Numbered from the stretch's first letter, positions 50,943 to 64,000 are shown. The stretch is DNA of 64,000 nt from Hormiphora californensis (GCA_020137815.1 CM035352.1:7316001-7380000), one strand, 5' to 3'. Numbers and translations: made by a program. The notes: a model not told the origin generated them from the letters alone.

Positions 50943-53900
50943 TTAAGATTTCTTGCTCGAACCACCCTTAACATCATCTACAATCTCAGCCTGCTGAAAC
51001 ACCAGAGACTTCACCAATCTACTAACAAAATAATCCAATGGATCCATGGGTCCCCTCTGGATTGACTTGGGAATTGTCACTGTCGGGTTCTTGAATCCTA
51101 GTTTTTTGAGGACCCAGTTGACGTTAGGGTTCACTTTGCCTCCTCCTTGGAGTCTCAGAGGAGGTTTTAGCTCCCACATATCGGTCACAAACTCACGGGC
51201 AAACTTGGTCGTCTCCTGGAGAGGGGGGGGGGTAGTGAAACACATCATCAATCATATTTTCCCCCCTTTATGATGGAATAACTATGAGAAAACTAAATAT
51301 ATCTGGAAACCCATCATTACTCACCTCTGTTTTCTCAGCTGTGGTCCCATCTCCAGATTTATCAGGGGTTGCCGGGGTACTGCTGGTTGAAGGTCCAGCT
51401 CCCTTGGCTCCAAATATGGGGTTGGCCTCGAAGTGTTTCTCCATCTTCCTTGTGTACCGTTGGGCCAGATCGTGGAGAAAGAAATAGTTGGAGGCGATGG
51501 TAGCTAACCCAATACTGTCTGTAGGGAAGGGAGAGGGTTTAGGTAGAGAGGGATATTATCTTGTACGTTGTCGGAGTAAACGTTGGGTAATATAATGTAG
51601 TTGCATGGGAAAAGGTTCTCCCAAACTAGGACAAGCATGTTTCAAAATCCCACGGGTTAGGATTTTCTTCTGTTCTTCTGTACCTCTAAATTCGGAGTGT
51701 AGCTGACACGTTACAATAGGAATGGGGAGATGATGTCCTCCTATTGGTGCAGCACCCTGTTCACTCCCTGTCGCTCCATAATCAGCACCATCCCAATTGT
51801 GTTCGGTACTCAGATTCAGGGTCATCTCGGGGAGTTGGAAGATTGTGGAGTACTCGACACTTCCTGAAATGTGAGAGAATGTGATTATATCTCAGACAGC
51901 AATAGAGAAATATCAAACATGCAGTTGGGAACGTGAACTCAATTTTAAAATTTTCATTCCACATAATGTTTCAAATGCGTGTTTGCGCGGCAACAAGCAG
52001 TGAGGGGGTCGGCCGGTATTGGCCTTGAATATGAATAGTAGTACACACACTAAACAGGGCAATAAAAGGATTCCCTACCTCCTCCAAAGATGGTGGGACG
52101 AGATGGTTTCTCTTTATCCGGGTTACCATGGGCAAAGTCATGGGTACAGGAATACCTGGGGGATGAGGGGATTAGTTAGTCCTCCTCATCAATGTTTGAT
52201 TTGATACACCGTGTCTTTAAGAATATATATTGACGAGAAATGTCTATTTCTCTTAGGAAGGAGATACCCTTGCCAAGATATCGAGCACCCCCCCTCTTGA
52301 GAGACTCCACACCTACCTCAGCCAGTTTTTGATAGTATCGTGCATGTCAGGTGGTTGTAGTTTAGTACTCCTAACACACTTCTCTACTGTCCCCACTATC
52401 TTATTGGTTGAACTCTTCAGTGTCAGTACACCAGGCTCAAAGTCACCGAATGAAATGGTTGCCTTTTGGTTCGTTACTCTGCCACTGTTTGTACCCTAGA
52501 GGGAGAGTTTGGTATAATTCATCCAATGGAGATATATAACAACTGTGAACCTCAATAAACCTCACTACTAACCTAATTAATAGCCTCACGGCTCACAATA
52601 ACCCTCACTCACCCGCATAACTTCCTCGGACTGCGTATTGAACTTCATCTTTGTCTGGTTCATGTTTACCAAGCACCAGGTATCGTCTTTAAAGTTCTCC
52701 CCCTGGAAGAGTGCTACTGAGAACACTTGACCAGACAGTTCCAGGGACCCACCCAGTCGGAGTGGTCGGACAAACTGGCCGTGCTTTAGTAGGGTCTGAA
52801 ACAAGGGAAAGAGGGGGTGGTTAGATTTAGATCACTTTCTAGGACCTAGTCTAGTCTGGAGTCTGGTTCAATGGTTTTGACTCTTATATTGAGAGACATA
52901 CCTTGACTCCCTCGAAGGCTGACGGGGAACTGGCCCAGTACCAATGATCACTTAGTTTCTTTGCCTCTTTCTCCAGCTGTTTTAAGGGTACACTGGGCTT
53001 GGATGCGTTCAGACCTGCCTCTAGCTCCTGATGGAACAGCTTCATGTAGGCCTTCTGGGAGTTCCTGGGAAGAAGTTGTATCTGGTTAGTTACAGCTGGG
53101 TCTCTTGGTTATGGAGTGATATTTTGAGAATCACTGTAACCATATCATGGTAACCTTGGGGCTTGGAGAATGGAGATGGTAACCATGGTAACCAAGGAGA
53201 GATGTCTTACTTTTTCTGTTGATTAATGAAGTCCTCCACATGAGTTTTAATATTCAGGATATTAGGAGCAGTACTGCATGTCACCATGGTCTGTATTTCA
53301 TCCCAAACTATCTTCCCCCCTATCCTCAAATCACAATCCCCCTCCTCCTCTCTCCACTGGTCAGTTAACTCAGTACAAAATCCGGTAACACGGAACATTA
53401 GGATACAGTTACTGAGATACTCCAGTCGGTTTTCATAGGAATCAAATGTTACTTTGAAGGTATGGGTGGGGGAGTGATCGGGCGAGATAACGTGGTTGAA
53501 GAGGCCTGACAGGTTCTGGAATCGGAGGTCCCCAGTTATGAAACCATATTTTGGGGCCGTTAGGAATAGCTGCTCCACCAGAATCTCAACCTGTAGACAA
53601 AGAGGGTGGTTAAGGTGAGGGGAACTTATCTGCTGAATAAAGTAGCCTTAATCAGACTATAATCTGACTAACTTTAATCTAATTAAACTCTCGAATATAT
53701 CAAGTTTTGTATAATCTCTAAGCGGGGATAACTGTGAGGGGAACTTATCTGCTGAATAAAGTAGCCTTAATCAGACTATAATCTGACTAACTTTAATCTA
53801 ATTAAACTCTCGAATATATCAAGTTTTGTATAATCTCTAAGCGGGACCCCTACCTGTCTCCGTTCGTTGTGTCTCTCCTTCAGGCACAGCGTGGTAGTGT

Positions 53901-56900
53901 TCTTGCTCTCTTGTAGCACCAAGGCAGGTTTCCCCAGAGTCTGCCCCAGGTTCGGCTCCAGGGTCAGTTTACCACACTTGATAGCTAGATTTAGATTCGT
54001 CTCTGCTATCTCTATCTCTGTCCCCTCATTAGTAGTGAGAGAGCTGGAGGAACCTTCCTTGATTTCCTTTAGTGTCTCAGTGGCAGCTACCCCAGCAGTC
54101 CGCTTCATGGCGGCACCCGCACCTTGCCGCTCTGTTACCGAGTAGAATCTGGAGAGGGATCAGGGGTTGATTAGTAGAAGGGGGGGGGGACATGTTAATT
54201 TTGTTAACTTTGTTAATATTAACATCGAGAAAACAGGTGATTTATTAACAAAATTAACAAAAAATTAACAAACGTTAACAAATGCCATTTATGCCATCTA
54301 AATCCCCTTTAGCACGTATTTTTGGTATTTAACACTTGTTCTGCGAGCAAAGTTGTTCCTTCTGCACGGTTTACATACCACCACTCACTCTACTACGGCT
54401 TTTTTACAGCGATTTGTTCCAATGTGTAAAATTTAATAAAAACTAGCCAAACTAAACCGCAACTGAAGTCAAATGACCCTAATCCACATTTTCCAACCCT
54501 AAAAATTAAATAAGACTCATCAACTTACCTTAAAACGAAAAATATCCCAAAAATATATTTTTCTAAAAAACACAAGGATTTGTAGTGAAGCAAATTTTCA
54601 ATCTTTGACCAAAAAATTGATTTTGGAAAAATTTTATTTCTTTTTCCAATAGAAACGTTGTATTTCATCTTATTAAGTTCAAATAATCTATTACCAATGA
54701 AAAAAAAATACGTTAAAGTGAGATTTTATGCGCTAAATTGAAATATTTGCAACTTTTGGATTTTTATCGATTTTGAGCCAAAAACCTGTATGTCGGACTT
54801 TGGTTATCGAAAAAGGCCTTGTTTGGGTATGTATGTGTTAGGTAAGTCATTAAACTATAAAACTAAACCAGTTAAAGTCGTGTTATCAACCAATAAGAAC
54901 AGTTTTTTAGCATTTGTTAACTTTGTTAATTTTGTTAATTAACGTTAATTAACAAAATCGAAAAAAGAGGTGATTTATTAACAATTAACATGTCCCCCCC
55001 CCCCAGTAGAAGCTAGTATAATAGGGATGTATAATAGAGGGGGAGATTAGAACACAATTCAACCAGAATGTTTACTAGCAGATTAAGAAAGTAAAGGCAA
55101 CTAATTCAGCTGGGGAGTCTTCTTCTCGCCCACATACCTCTCATTCCTGGATATGGTACTAGGAGGGAACATGGTGGGTGCCGCTGCGGGGGGTGGGCTG
55201 GTAGAAGGTGGTTCAGATTGAGGATTCTCAGGTCTGGACAACAGTAACAACCTCTTAATAAACTGCCCACTCAGCCAGGCATTATGGAAACTTTCCACTT
55301 CATCCATCCTTTTGATGTCGTAGGAGAGGGATACACCTCCCACATCTAGCATTGTACTAACATGGGCTACCAGACGGCGGGGGTTGTGACCTGGGATAAC
55401 CTGACCCTCCGAGTTCTGAGGGGGGGGGGGTGTGATGATGGGAAATAGTATGATAACAGGTGTATCATACTGCCGGGATATAATAGAACTAAATCACTAC
55501 TAATTGAGGTTTAATTGTTACTAATTGGGCTGCACAAAACTCACAGTAAGTTCCTTCGGAAGAGTTATTCTAGTCACAGAAACATTGGCACCCGCAACCT
55601 CTACACTAAGAGCCTTTCTGACCTCAGCCGACTGAAAAATAGACATGTTCTGTGAAGAACTGGTTAGAATCTCTCACTAGTTAATGTAACAATCTCTCTC
55701 TTGTTCTCCTTAGTAAAACTAACAATCTCTCTCTCTTGTTCTCCTTAGTAAACACAACAATCTCTCTTGTTCTCCTTAGTAAAACTAACAATCTCTCTCT
55801 TGTTCTCCTTAGTAAAACTAACAATCTCTCTCTTGTTCTCCTTAGTAAACCCAACAATCTCACCTGCTGTCTGTTCAGTAGACCCAGTGGATGGTAGAGA
55901 GAGAACTCGCACTTCTCCAAGCACCACGTCATGTTCCAACAACTCGTACTACCATCTCTTGTCACCACTATATCCTTCCTCCCAGTTGCAGCAGACAACA
56001 TAGTCTGGGACGGCGTTCCCTTAGTGGTGATCAGGAAATGGGACCGGGGCACCAGGAGGGAGCACTCGTGACGAGAGAATGGGTGGCATGAGAGTTTAAT
56101 TGTGCTAGGCTCTATCTGGAGAACAATAGCAATATCGACTGGGAAGGTGTCTGTAGAAGATGGTTTCAGAGAGGATCCTTGTTCACTGCTCGGTGTCGGT
56201 GAAGTCTTCTCCTCCTTGACAACCGTCCTAGGCTCTTTCAGAATATCCTCAATCTCTTCGGGAATGATGGTACTAGAGCTGGAATTCCTGGATAGTAGTT
56301 GATCCAAGAAGTCTAACAAACAAGGACGAAGGATCTGATCCTGGGTGAGAGATGACACCTTGATCATTGAGTATAGTGACCCAGTTTTAACGGCTGTTAC
56401 AGCCCCACTCTCCTCACTGCCACTAGTGTCAGTTGATATCCGGGAGGTAGCGGAACTGCCCACTCCAACCACAGAGGTACCAGATGTCCTCTCAGTAATC
56501 TTCTTGCTCGTATAGTGGAGAGAACACGTGGTCTCAGGGATGAGAAACTCGGTATTGTTAGTGACTTTCTGCTCACTTAGACCCAAACTTGGCATGTCAG
56601 GGTGGTCACTAGTAGACTTGGCAGCTGGGTATAAGATGAACTTTCCATTACCTAACCGGACCATTAGATCCATCTCAAACATTAGGTGGAGGGGTTCTTC
56701 TGGTTGTTGTTCAGTGGCTGAGGAGCGTGTTGAGAACATACTGACAGTCTCCAACTTTCTCTGTTTCATCTCTTCCTGTTCTTGTTCTTTTGTTTTCTCC
56801 TGTTCCTGTGTTGTCTCTGTTCCCTCTTGTTTCTCAACTGTTACCTTTGATTCCGTTCCTTCCTGTTTCTCCCCCGCTCTCCCCTCCTCCTCCTCTAATG

Positions 56901-59178
56901 ACCCCCGTGCTGCCTGTTCCCCAGCTGATGCCTGTCTTCCTAACCCCTTCTTCCTCTTCGTACTCCCTGATCTCCCTGATTTAACAGCCCTCTCTACAAC
57001 AATAGTCTTCCATTTTGCCACAGCTCCCTCTTCATCAATCAGCTGTCCCTGTTCCGCTTGTTGTGCGTTCAGATCCCTCATTAGATCTTGTTCATTACAC
57101 GGTTCCACCTCCTTGTCAGCGCCCACAATTGATGTTAGGGTCTTGTATAGAGACACCAACTTGGTCACAATGTTAGTACCAACATGGATGTTAACCCCCT
57201 CTATCTGACTTCTAGTTTCAATCATTAACTTCCCACCGCCACTAGCTCCAACACTGGGTGATGATGTCATCGTCTCATACCAATAGTTGCCAGAGTCAAC
57301 TGCTATACTGTTAACCTCTATCTCTGTAGTCCGGGGAGCCGCATTCTCAGACCACCTCGTCTCACTGAAGTCCTCAATGAACCTCACTATGAAGTGGTTA
57401 AAGTGACCCTGGTTGGCGTGTTTTGCTCCAAACGCCATCTTCATCTCTACAGTCCTGATCGATATTGACAGGGCCCCCTCTGTGCTGGTAGTCTTGGAGA
57501 GATCTGTTTGTGATGCAGATAGAAGATCGTCAGCTGCTGAAGTGGGGCTGATACTGGTGGATCTGTTGATAGGGAGGCAGAGGGCGAGGTTTTTAACGGT
57601 CATCTTGAGGGTCGTGTTTGTTGGGATTGTAGGCGGTCCTTCGGGAAGATTGAACCTGGAAAGAGAGTGGGGGGTTATGAGGGCAGATTAAACCTGGGGA
57701 GGGGGGAGCTTATGAGAATCTTTTCAGTACTTACTTAATACATAATTCAACCCATCTCTCTCTCTCGACTTGACAGTGCAGTGGGAACTGAACAAAATCT
57801 ATCTCCAATCACCATGTACCTGTTTTTGAAGGTCTCAGTGGCTGCCACCGTCTCTACATTACCTGTTTTTGAAGGTCTCAGTCGCTGCCACCGTCTCTGC
57901 ATTCAACTGTGTTCTATGTTCATTAAAGTTGGCATATGCTATCTTATAGTTCAGGTAGAAACCGAATGCCTTATCAAATGCCCCAGGTTGCATGAACAGT
58001 TGAGGGTTCGAGATGGTAGCGTGGAAGGATTCATTGGCTGATAACTTGTTCTCGAATAGACCCTGGGGGAGAGATGCAGCGGGTTATAATATTAATTCTA
58101 TAATAGTTCTGGACCATAGAATGATTTAGTTGTATAGAATTAGAATGTTGTACAAGGTATTCCACACAACACAATGAACCTCATAAATCCAGTTTTACCA
58201 CCATGAGATCGAGAGCCCTACCCCCCCCCAGACCCCAGACCCCCAGACCCCAGTTACCTCATCGTTCCCCAGACTGGCAGTAGCCCTGAACCTACCTCAT
58301 CGTTCCCCAGACCCCAGTTACCTCATCGTTCCCCAGACTGGCAGTAGCCCTGAACCTACCTCGTCGTTCCCCAGACTGGCAGTAGCCCTGAACCTACCTC
58401 ATCGTTCCCCAGACTGGCAGTAGCCCTGAACCTACCTCATCGTTCCCCAGACCCCAGTTACCTCATCGTTCCCCAGACTGGCAGTAGCCCGGAACCTACC
58501 TCATCGTTCCCCAGACTGGCAGTAGCCCTGAACTGCAGGAATTTCACCATGTCATCTTCACTCGATCGTGGTATACCGGGGGAGATATCGTTTAGTTGAC
58601 CCAGGGTGATATCAGTTGTTATCATAGTGCTGATGAACATCCTCACCTTCTCAGCTGTGGAGAGGGGGTTGTTAGAAATCATATTCAGCTGTGAAAGGGG
58701 AGGGGGTGTTACTAGCACTGTTAGGGATCAATCCGCTATATGGAGGGGAGAATGTTAGAACCACATGCCCCTAAAACTGTTTTTTGTGGTACCTACAGGT
58801 ATTTTCAGCACCATCATACATTACTAATTGTGTACCTATCATTACTTGTCTACTTACTAATTTGGGGTCTATCCTTGGTTGTCTCCACCTTTTCAGTTAC
58901 CATTCTGTTCCTAATCTCTACATTGATGGTTTCAGTCTTCAGAGACACAGCCAAATCAGACTTTGTGGTAGCAAGCAGATCAATGCCCTGTGGGAAAGAG
59001 AGAGACATGCAATATAATTGGAGAGATAGAGATTCCCTGTGGGAGAGGTAAATGTAACCAAATTTTAACCGATTGTAACCAAATTTTAACAAATTCTAAC
59101 AAATTGTTACCAATTTTAACTCTCAGTTTATCTGTCTAAGAAAATGTCAGTTTGTTCGTCTCAGACAAAGATAGCCAG

Positions 59179-59266
<88 letters not shown>

Positions 59267-62200
59267 CTCTTGATCTGCTTTACAGAAAACAACACCATTA
59301 CACCCAGCGTGTAGCAGAGCATCAGGAGACAGGAGATCATGAGAGAGGAAAAGAGAGAAACATAAAATATAATTGAGAGAGGAAAAGAGAGAAACATAAA
59401 ATATAATTGAGAGAGAAGGAGAACTGTTGGAATTTATCCAACCCCCATCACAGCTAGACACTGAGGTATGGAGAGGGAGAGATGTAGTAGCAAACTATTT
59501 CTAACTAGCGAGTGACCGTTGTGTTTGACAGCTGTTGAGATTGTTAAAATAATCAAGATAATTGTAAAGTTATCCAACCCATATTTCACAAAATCTTTGG
59601 TGGGCTTCGCGGGCTTCGTTTTGCCGCGCTTTGCGCGGCCAGTGTATACTCCATTTTTTTTCAACTGTTCACCCCCCAAAGTCGTGCGCGGAATTGTTTT
59701 GCGCGTCTATCACATGTTAACGTGTAGCGCGCGCCATAGGGGTGGCCGCGTCGCCAAACAAAATCTACTATACCGTCGGGGATTGAGAGAGAGTAGAGCA
59801 ATACAACAAAATGAGGTGTTTCCTGTTTTTAAGTTTCCTTTTCACCACATTATATGGTAAGTTATAAGGGTCTGACAGTACTGTAACGTTCATCTATAGT
59901 GATTCCACCACTCACAATATGTAACTGAACCATAAAGATGTGATATACCCTGGCATTGTGTTGTTATCGCAGCCAAATATGTAATATAGTGATTGATATC
60001 AGATGATTGTATATATCATTTCAGGGTGGACGTGGAGTCCAGTTGTTCGCAATACTTTCATCCCATTTGATCTGGAGAGTACCCCTCTTCAAATCAAAAC
60101 GGACTCTACTGCCGGGAGTGAGGAGTGGGTCTGGGTGAAAACCTACACTGCAGATGAGAGTTTCATAGGAGGGGTCTCGGTGAGGTTTATCTCACCCATG
60201 AAATACGCCATTGGTTACTGCATCGGCTGGACCTCCCTCCCAGTACAACCACCAGAGGAAGCGGACAAGATTTGGACAATTAGAAAGAACACCACCACCC
60301 TCAACATAGAGTGCAATGGGGTGGAGGTACTGAACTACCAGTTCAGTGACCGTAGTGATCTCTGTGTAAAACAGTGGGGAGGAGATGTTATGAAGATAAA
60401 ATTTGTCTCCGAGGACACTGCCTCTGATAGTTATAATGCGGAGAAACCAACGAAATTAGGTAATGGATGATTAATTGGGTAATTCTCTGAAACCGCTTGT
60501 TTCACTTTGTACTAATTGGGTAATTAGGTTAATTATAGGTAATGAAGTACATAACTTGACAATCAACAAGACTGAACTGGGATTAGCACTAGGTAGATGT
60601 CACCCCATATACCACTTCAAATCCCCCCCCCCCCCGCCAAACATACATAACCAAGATATTCAGTGGGCTTTACTTGGTTACCAATTCTAACCAATTCTAA
60701 CTAATTCTAACTTATTCTAAACAATTTAAATTAATTCTGACTAATTCTAACCAATTCTAACCAAAGTCCAAATAATAAAATATGTGTATTCTATATTGTA
60801 CCTGTAGTCGCAGATTGAATGCAAATGGTATCATGTGGGGACTAGAGGGGAATACTGGTCCCTGATTGGCTGATAACCAGTCACGTGACCTAAATAACGA
60901 GTTCTGATTGGTTCCTAGTGTATTCTATATTGTACCTGTAGTCGCAGATTGAATGCAAATGGTATCATGTGGGGACTAGAGGGGAATACTGGTCCCTGAT
61001 TGGCTGATAACCAGTCACGTGACCTAAATAACGAGTTCTGATTGGTTCCTAGTGTATTCTACCGCGTGGCCCAAATTAAAGGGAGGGTACGTTGGCCTTC
61101 TTTTCACCCAGAAGTTTAATTTCAATCACTCTGATATTTTGACACAATGTCTGCATGGGTACTCATTCGAGGAATCCGAAGTTTCAAATCATAAAAGTTG
61201 AAAGTTCATTAATGAACTCAATTTTTCGTTTTTCGGGTTTTTTGAGGTTTTCTCTTGATTAAATTCGATTTTCTTATTTTAAAAACCGCCATACAATAGA
61301 GCAAGTATCAACAAATGGCAATCTGCATTTTTATTAAAATTGAATCAAGTTTAGTGGGTGAAATAAGTTATTTAAAGATGCTATTTTTTTACCAAACATC
61401 GATTTTGACCTGTTTTGACCAGAAATCGGTAAATCCAGGCGCTAAAAATCTGTACGGCCACTACACTTGATCAATTTTGATGTTAGCCGGAATTTAAGCT
61501 CTCTATCTTAAAATTCATTTTTCCGACTGGAATGAATCCTGAATGAACTTCAAAACAGGAATGCTTTTAGGAACCGGAATTTCACAGTCGCCTTCGGGTA
61601 TCGATTTCCTTTCAAACGCGACTAATTTGAGCTCAATTGGACCACCACAAGAGACACAGTGTCTAGTTATCTAAGGGTCCAGTTAGAGATTTTGCGACTG
61701 ACGTTAGTTACAATGAAGCAGGCCCCTGCTGACACTGCTGACACTGCCGCGCGCGCTACTTTACATGCAATTGACATCGAAAACCCTGCTAGTCAACGAA
61801 GATTTGGCGCGCACAGGGACTCTCCCAGCTTGCGCCAGTTGCAGACTGGAGGCTGGCGCCAGAAACTGGAGCCAGCCTCCAATCTGCAACTGGAGCGTAA
61901 CCCTAGGTTTGGTCATCTGACACCTAATGAGACGATAGCGTCATTACTAAATGCCAATAAGCAGGTGTAACGGTCGAGTATCACGTATCACGTCTGCTAA
62001 TGAGGATGGTGTACCGATACAGCATCCGTAAAATGTAAGCTCTCTTGCTAACACGTCATAATTTGATGGGGATCACATGACTTACCCTAGGCTTAGAAAA
62101 CGGATCACTGTGATTCTTGTGGTGATCCAATTACGCTCAAACTGGTCCCATTCGAAAGGAAATCGATAGCCAAACAAATTTGTGAAACTTTAGTACCGAA

Positions 62201-63194
62201 ATATGGTCCCATATTGGTGTTCATTCAATGTTCATTCGGTCGAAAAAAATGAACTTTTATCCAGAGGGCTGAAACTTCGGATTCCTCGAATGAGTAACCA
62301 TGCAGACATTGTGTCAAAATATCAGAGTGATTGAAATTTAACTTTTGGGTGAAAAGAAGGCCAACGTACCCTCCCTTTAATTTGGGCCACGCGGTATATT
62401 GTACCTGTAGTCGCAGATTGAATGCAAATGGTATCATGTGGGGACTAGATGGGAATACTGGTCCCTGATTGGCTGATAACCAGTCACGTGACCTAAATAA
62501 CGAGTTCTGATTGGTTCCTAGTGTATTCTATATTGTACCTGTACGCTCCAGTTGCAGATTGGAGGCTGGCTCCAGTTTCTGGCGCCAGCCTCCAGTCTGC
62601 AACTGGCGCAAGCTGGGAGAGTCCCTGTGCGCGCCAAATCTTCGTTGACTAGCAGGGTTTTCGATGTCAATTGCATGTAAAGTAGCGCGCGCGGCAGTGT
62701 CAGCAGTGTCAGCAGGGGCCTGCTTCATTGTAACTAACGTCAGTCGCAAAATCTCTAACTGGACCCTTAGTCGCAGATTGAATGCAAATGGTATCATGTG
62801 GGGACTAGAGGGGAATACTGGTCCCTGATTGGCTGATAACCAGTCACGTGACCTAAATAACGAGTTCTGATTGGTTCCTAGTGTATTCTATATTGTACCT
62901 GTAGTCGCAGATTGAATGTAAATGGTATCATGTGGGGACTAGAGGGGAATACTGGTCCCTGATTGGCTGATAACCAGTCACGTGACCTAAATAACGAGTT
63001 CTGATTGGTTCCTAGTGTATTCTATATTGTACCTGTAGTCGCAGATTGAATGCAAATGGTATCATGTGGGGACTAGAGGGGAAGGAACTATTGGATCGTT
63101 GGATCGGTGTTTTCTCTTCTATCGTGCTCCTAATCACTGACACAGTATCCAAGAACTCGTTAATTTCCTACAGAGAGATTGTTAGTGGTGAGAG

Positions 63195-63262
<68 letters not shown>

Positions 63263-63288
63263 AAGGGGGGGGAGTGAGAGAGAGAGAA

Positions 63289-63327
<39 letters not shown>

Positions 63328-63727
63328 ATAATACCTTCATAAATGCACTCTGAACAAGTAGAACATGATTCAACATCTCGGTAGTGAGCTGTAAGTGGAA
63401 TGTTTTGATCTCCACTACCCCAGAATAATGTTCCTGGTGTCCGTACAGACCAGTTCGCAGTCCTGCACTATGTTGCTCCCGCTTCTTCACCTGATATATT
63501 GATGACGTTGAATATGACCATATATGGTAAATTGATGGCACTATATGACCATATATGGTTTGTCATACCTTTTCTCCCCGTACAAATATCTGGGGGAGTG
63601 GTAGGTGGGTGTTCAGCCCGATCTCCGAGGTTCCCAGAGCATTAAGGGTCAGTTCATGACGATGAATATTGAGCTGGGCCACCGTGGATTTGTTCTGCCC
63701 AAACCTAACATGCAGTCCAGATATCTG
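50943..63727 (-). CDS. BLTP1: Bridge-like lipid transfer protein 1 (KIAA1109/tweek), 3' exons; the gene continues beyond the window
   Basis: Terminal exon REFV...W.L.P.LRL...V.WVL.KLGF.....TIPK..QRG.MDPLD matches the KIAA1109 C-terminus. Further exons RLGGSLEL.G...ALFQG.NF...W and FPVDIAI.LQIEPSTI.LSC.P.SR.EC.L..P; about 18 GT-AG exons. Confidence 0.88.
54181..55004. mobile_element. Poly(G)-tipped element, family G(n)ACATGTTAA (0.82 kb; opposite orientation to 48802-50106)
   Basis: G9-acatgttaatt ... aattaacatgt-C11; 8-bp TSD agtagaag. Confidence 0.9.
55686..55862. repeat. ~33-bp intronic tandem repeat (~5 copies) starting at a BLTP1 5' splice site
   Basis: aacaatctctctcttgttctccttagtaaaact units. 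Confidence 0.9.
59811..60459 (+). CDS. Small secreted protein with a 'DLESTPLQIKT' domain, nested antisense in a BLTP1 intron
   Basis: Exon 1 is the signal peptide MRCFLFLSFLFTTLY|gtaag. Exon 2 (60025-60459) is a ~145-aa Cys-containing beta-rich domain ending at a GT donor. The last exon is not resolved. Confidence 0.75.
60783..63082. repeat. 134-bp tandem array (6-7 copies): BLTP1 exon end + donor + interspersed repeat
   Basis: The unit on minus is ..catgataccatttgcattcaatctgcgactacag|gtacaat..aaccaatcagaactcgttatttaggtcacgtgactggttatcagccaatcagggaccagtatt; interrupted by two insertions. Confidence 0.9.
61062..62394. mobile_element. Tc1/mariner-type non-autonomous element with ~125-bp TIRs
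   Basis: TA-ccgcgtggcccaaattaaaggg ... ccctttaatttgggccacgcgg-TA, inserted into a unit of the 134-bp array. Confidence 0.88.
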
Positions 63728-63750
63728 AAAAGACAGAGAGGCAGGTGAGA

Positions 63751-64000
63751 AGACGGTAGTAGACAGAGAGTAGACAGACGGTAGTAGACAGACGGTAGTA
63801 GACAGACGGTAGTAGACAGAGAGTAGACAGACGGTAGTAGACAGACGGTAGTAGACAGAGAGTAGACAGACGGTAGTAGACAGACGGTAGTAGACAGACG
63901 GTAGTAGACAGAGAGTAGACAGACGGTAGTAGACAGACGGTAGTAGACAGAGAGTAGACAGACGGTAGTAGACAGACGGTAGTAGACAGAGAGTAGACAG
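63751..64000. repeat. Intronic compound tandem repeat (gacagacggtagta / gacagagagta)
   Basis: Alternating 14-bp and 11-bp units up to the window end. Confidence 0.95.

Noticed and set aside
55681-55863. C-terminal LLVLLRRTRER repeats of the 640-aa ORF
   Set aside because: Read-through past the exon donor (cag|gtgaga) into an intronic 33-bp repeat.

Overview
Eukaryotic, intron-containing, transposon-rich DNA. The repeat families (CAGTCGGACCCCGATTT.. MITEs, AACCAATCAGAACTCGTTATTTAGGTCACGTGACTGG.. repeat), the 'DLESTPLQIKT' domain and the GPCR style suggest a ctenophore, probably Pleurobrachia; this is recognition from memory, not a search. The left half (1-35.7 kb) is an accessory region. It holds a mosaic array of short, mostly broken minus-strand ORFs separated by two recurring spacer motifs, a GPCR (pseudo)gene and two deep nests of mobile elements. 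Nest 1: TA-MITE > CR1/L2-type LINE > poly(G)-tipped element > three pogo MITEs. Nest 2: Penelope element with a hammerhead motif > Ingi-like LINE with an HDV-like ribozyme and 2A peptide > 1.34-kb palindromic CACGG element. The right half (36.9-64 kb) has tightly packed conserved genes: a coiled-coil protein, PAK1IP1, VMA21 and CFAP298 on +, and the 3' part of BLTP1/KIAA1109 on -. Two antisense secreted-protein genes are nested in introns. The most unusual signals are a multi-family group of DNA transposons with pure poly(G)/poly(C) tips and 8-bp TSDs, several self-palindromic transposon derivatives, a 2A peptide captured into the ORF array, and repeated tandem duplication of 5' splice sites in BLTP1. 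Many frameshifts may be assembly errors.
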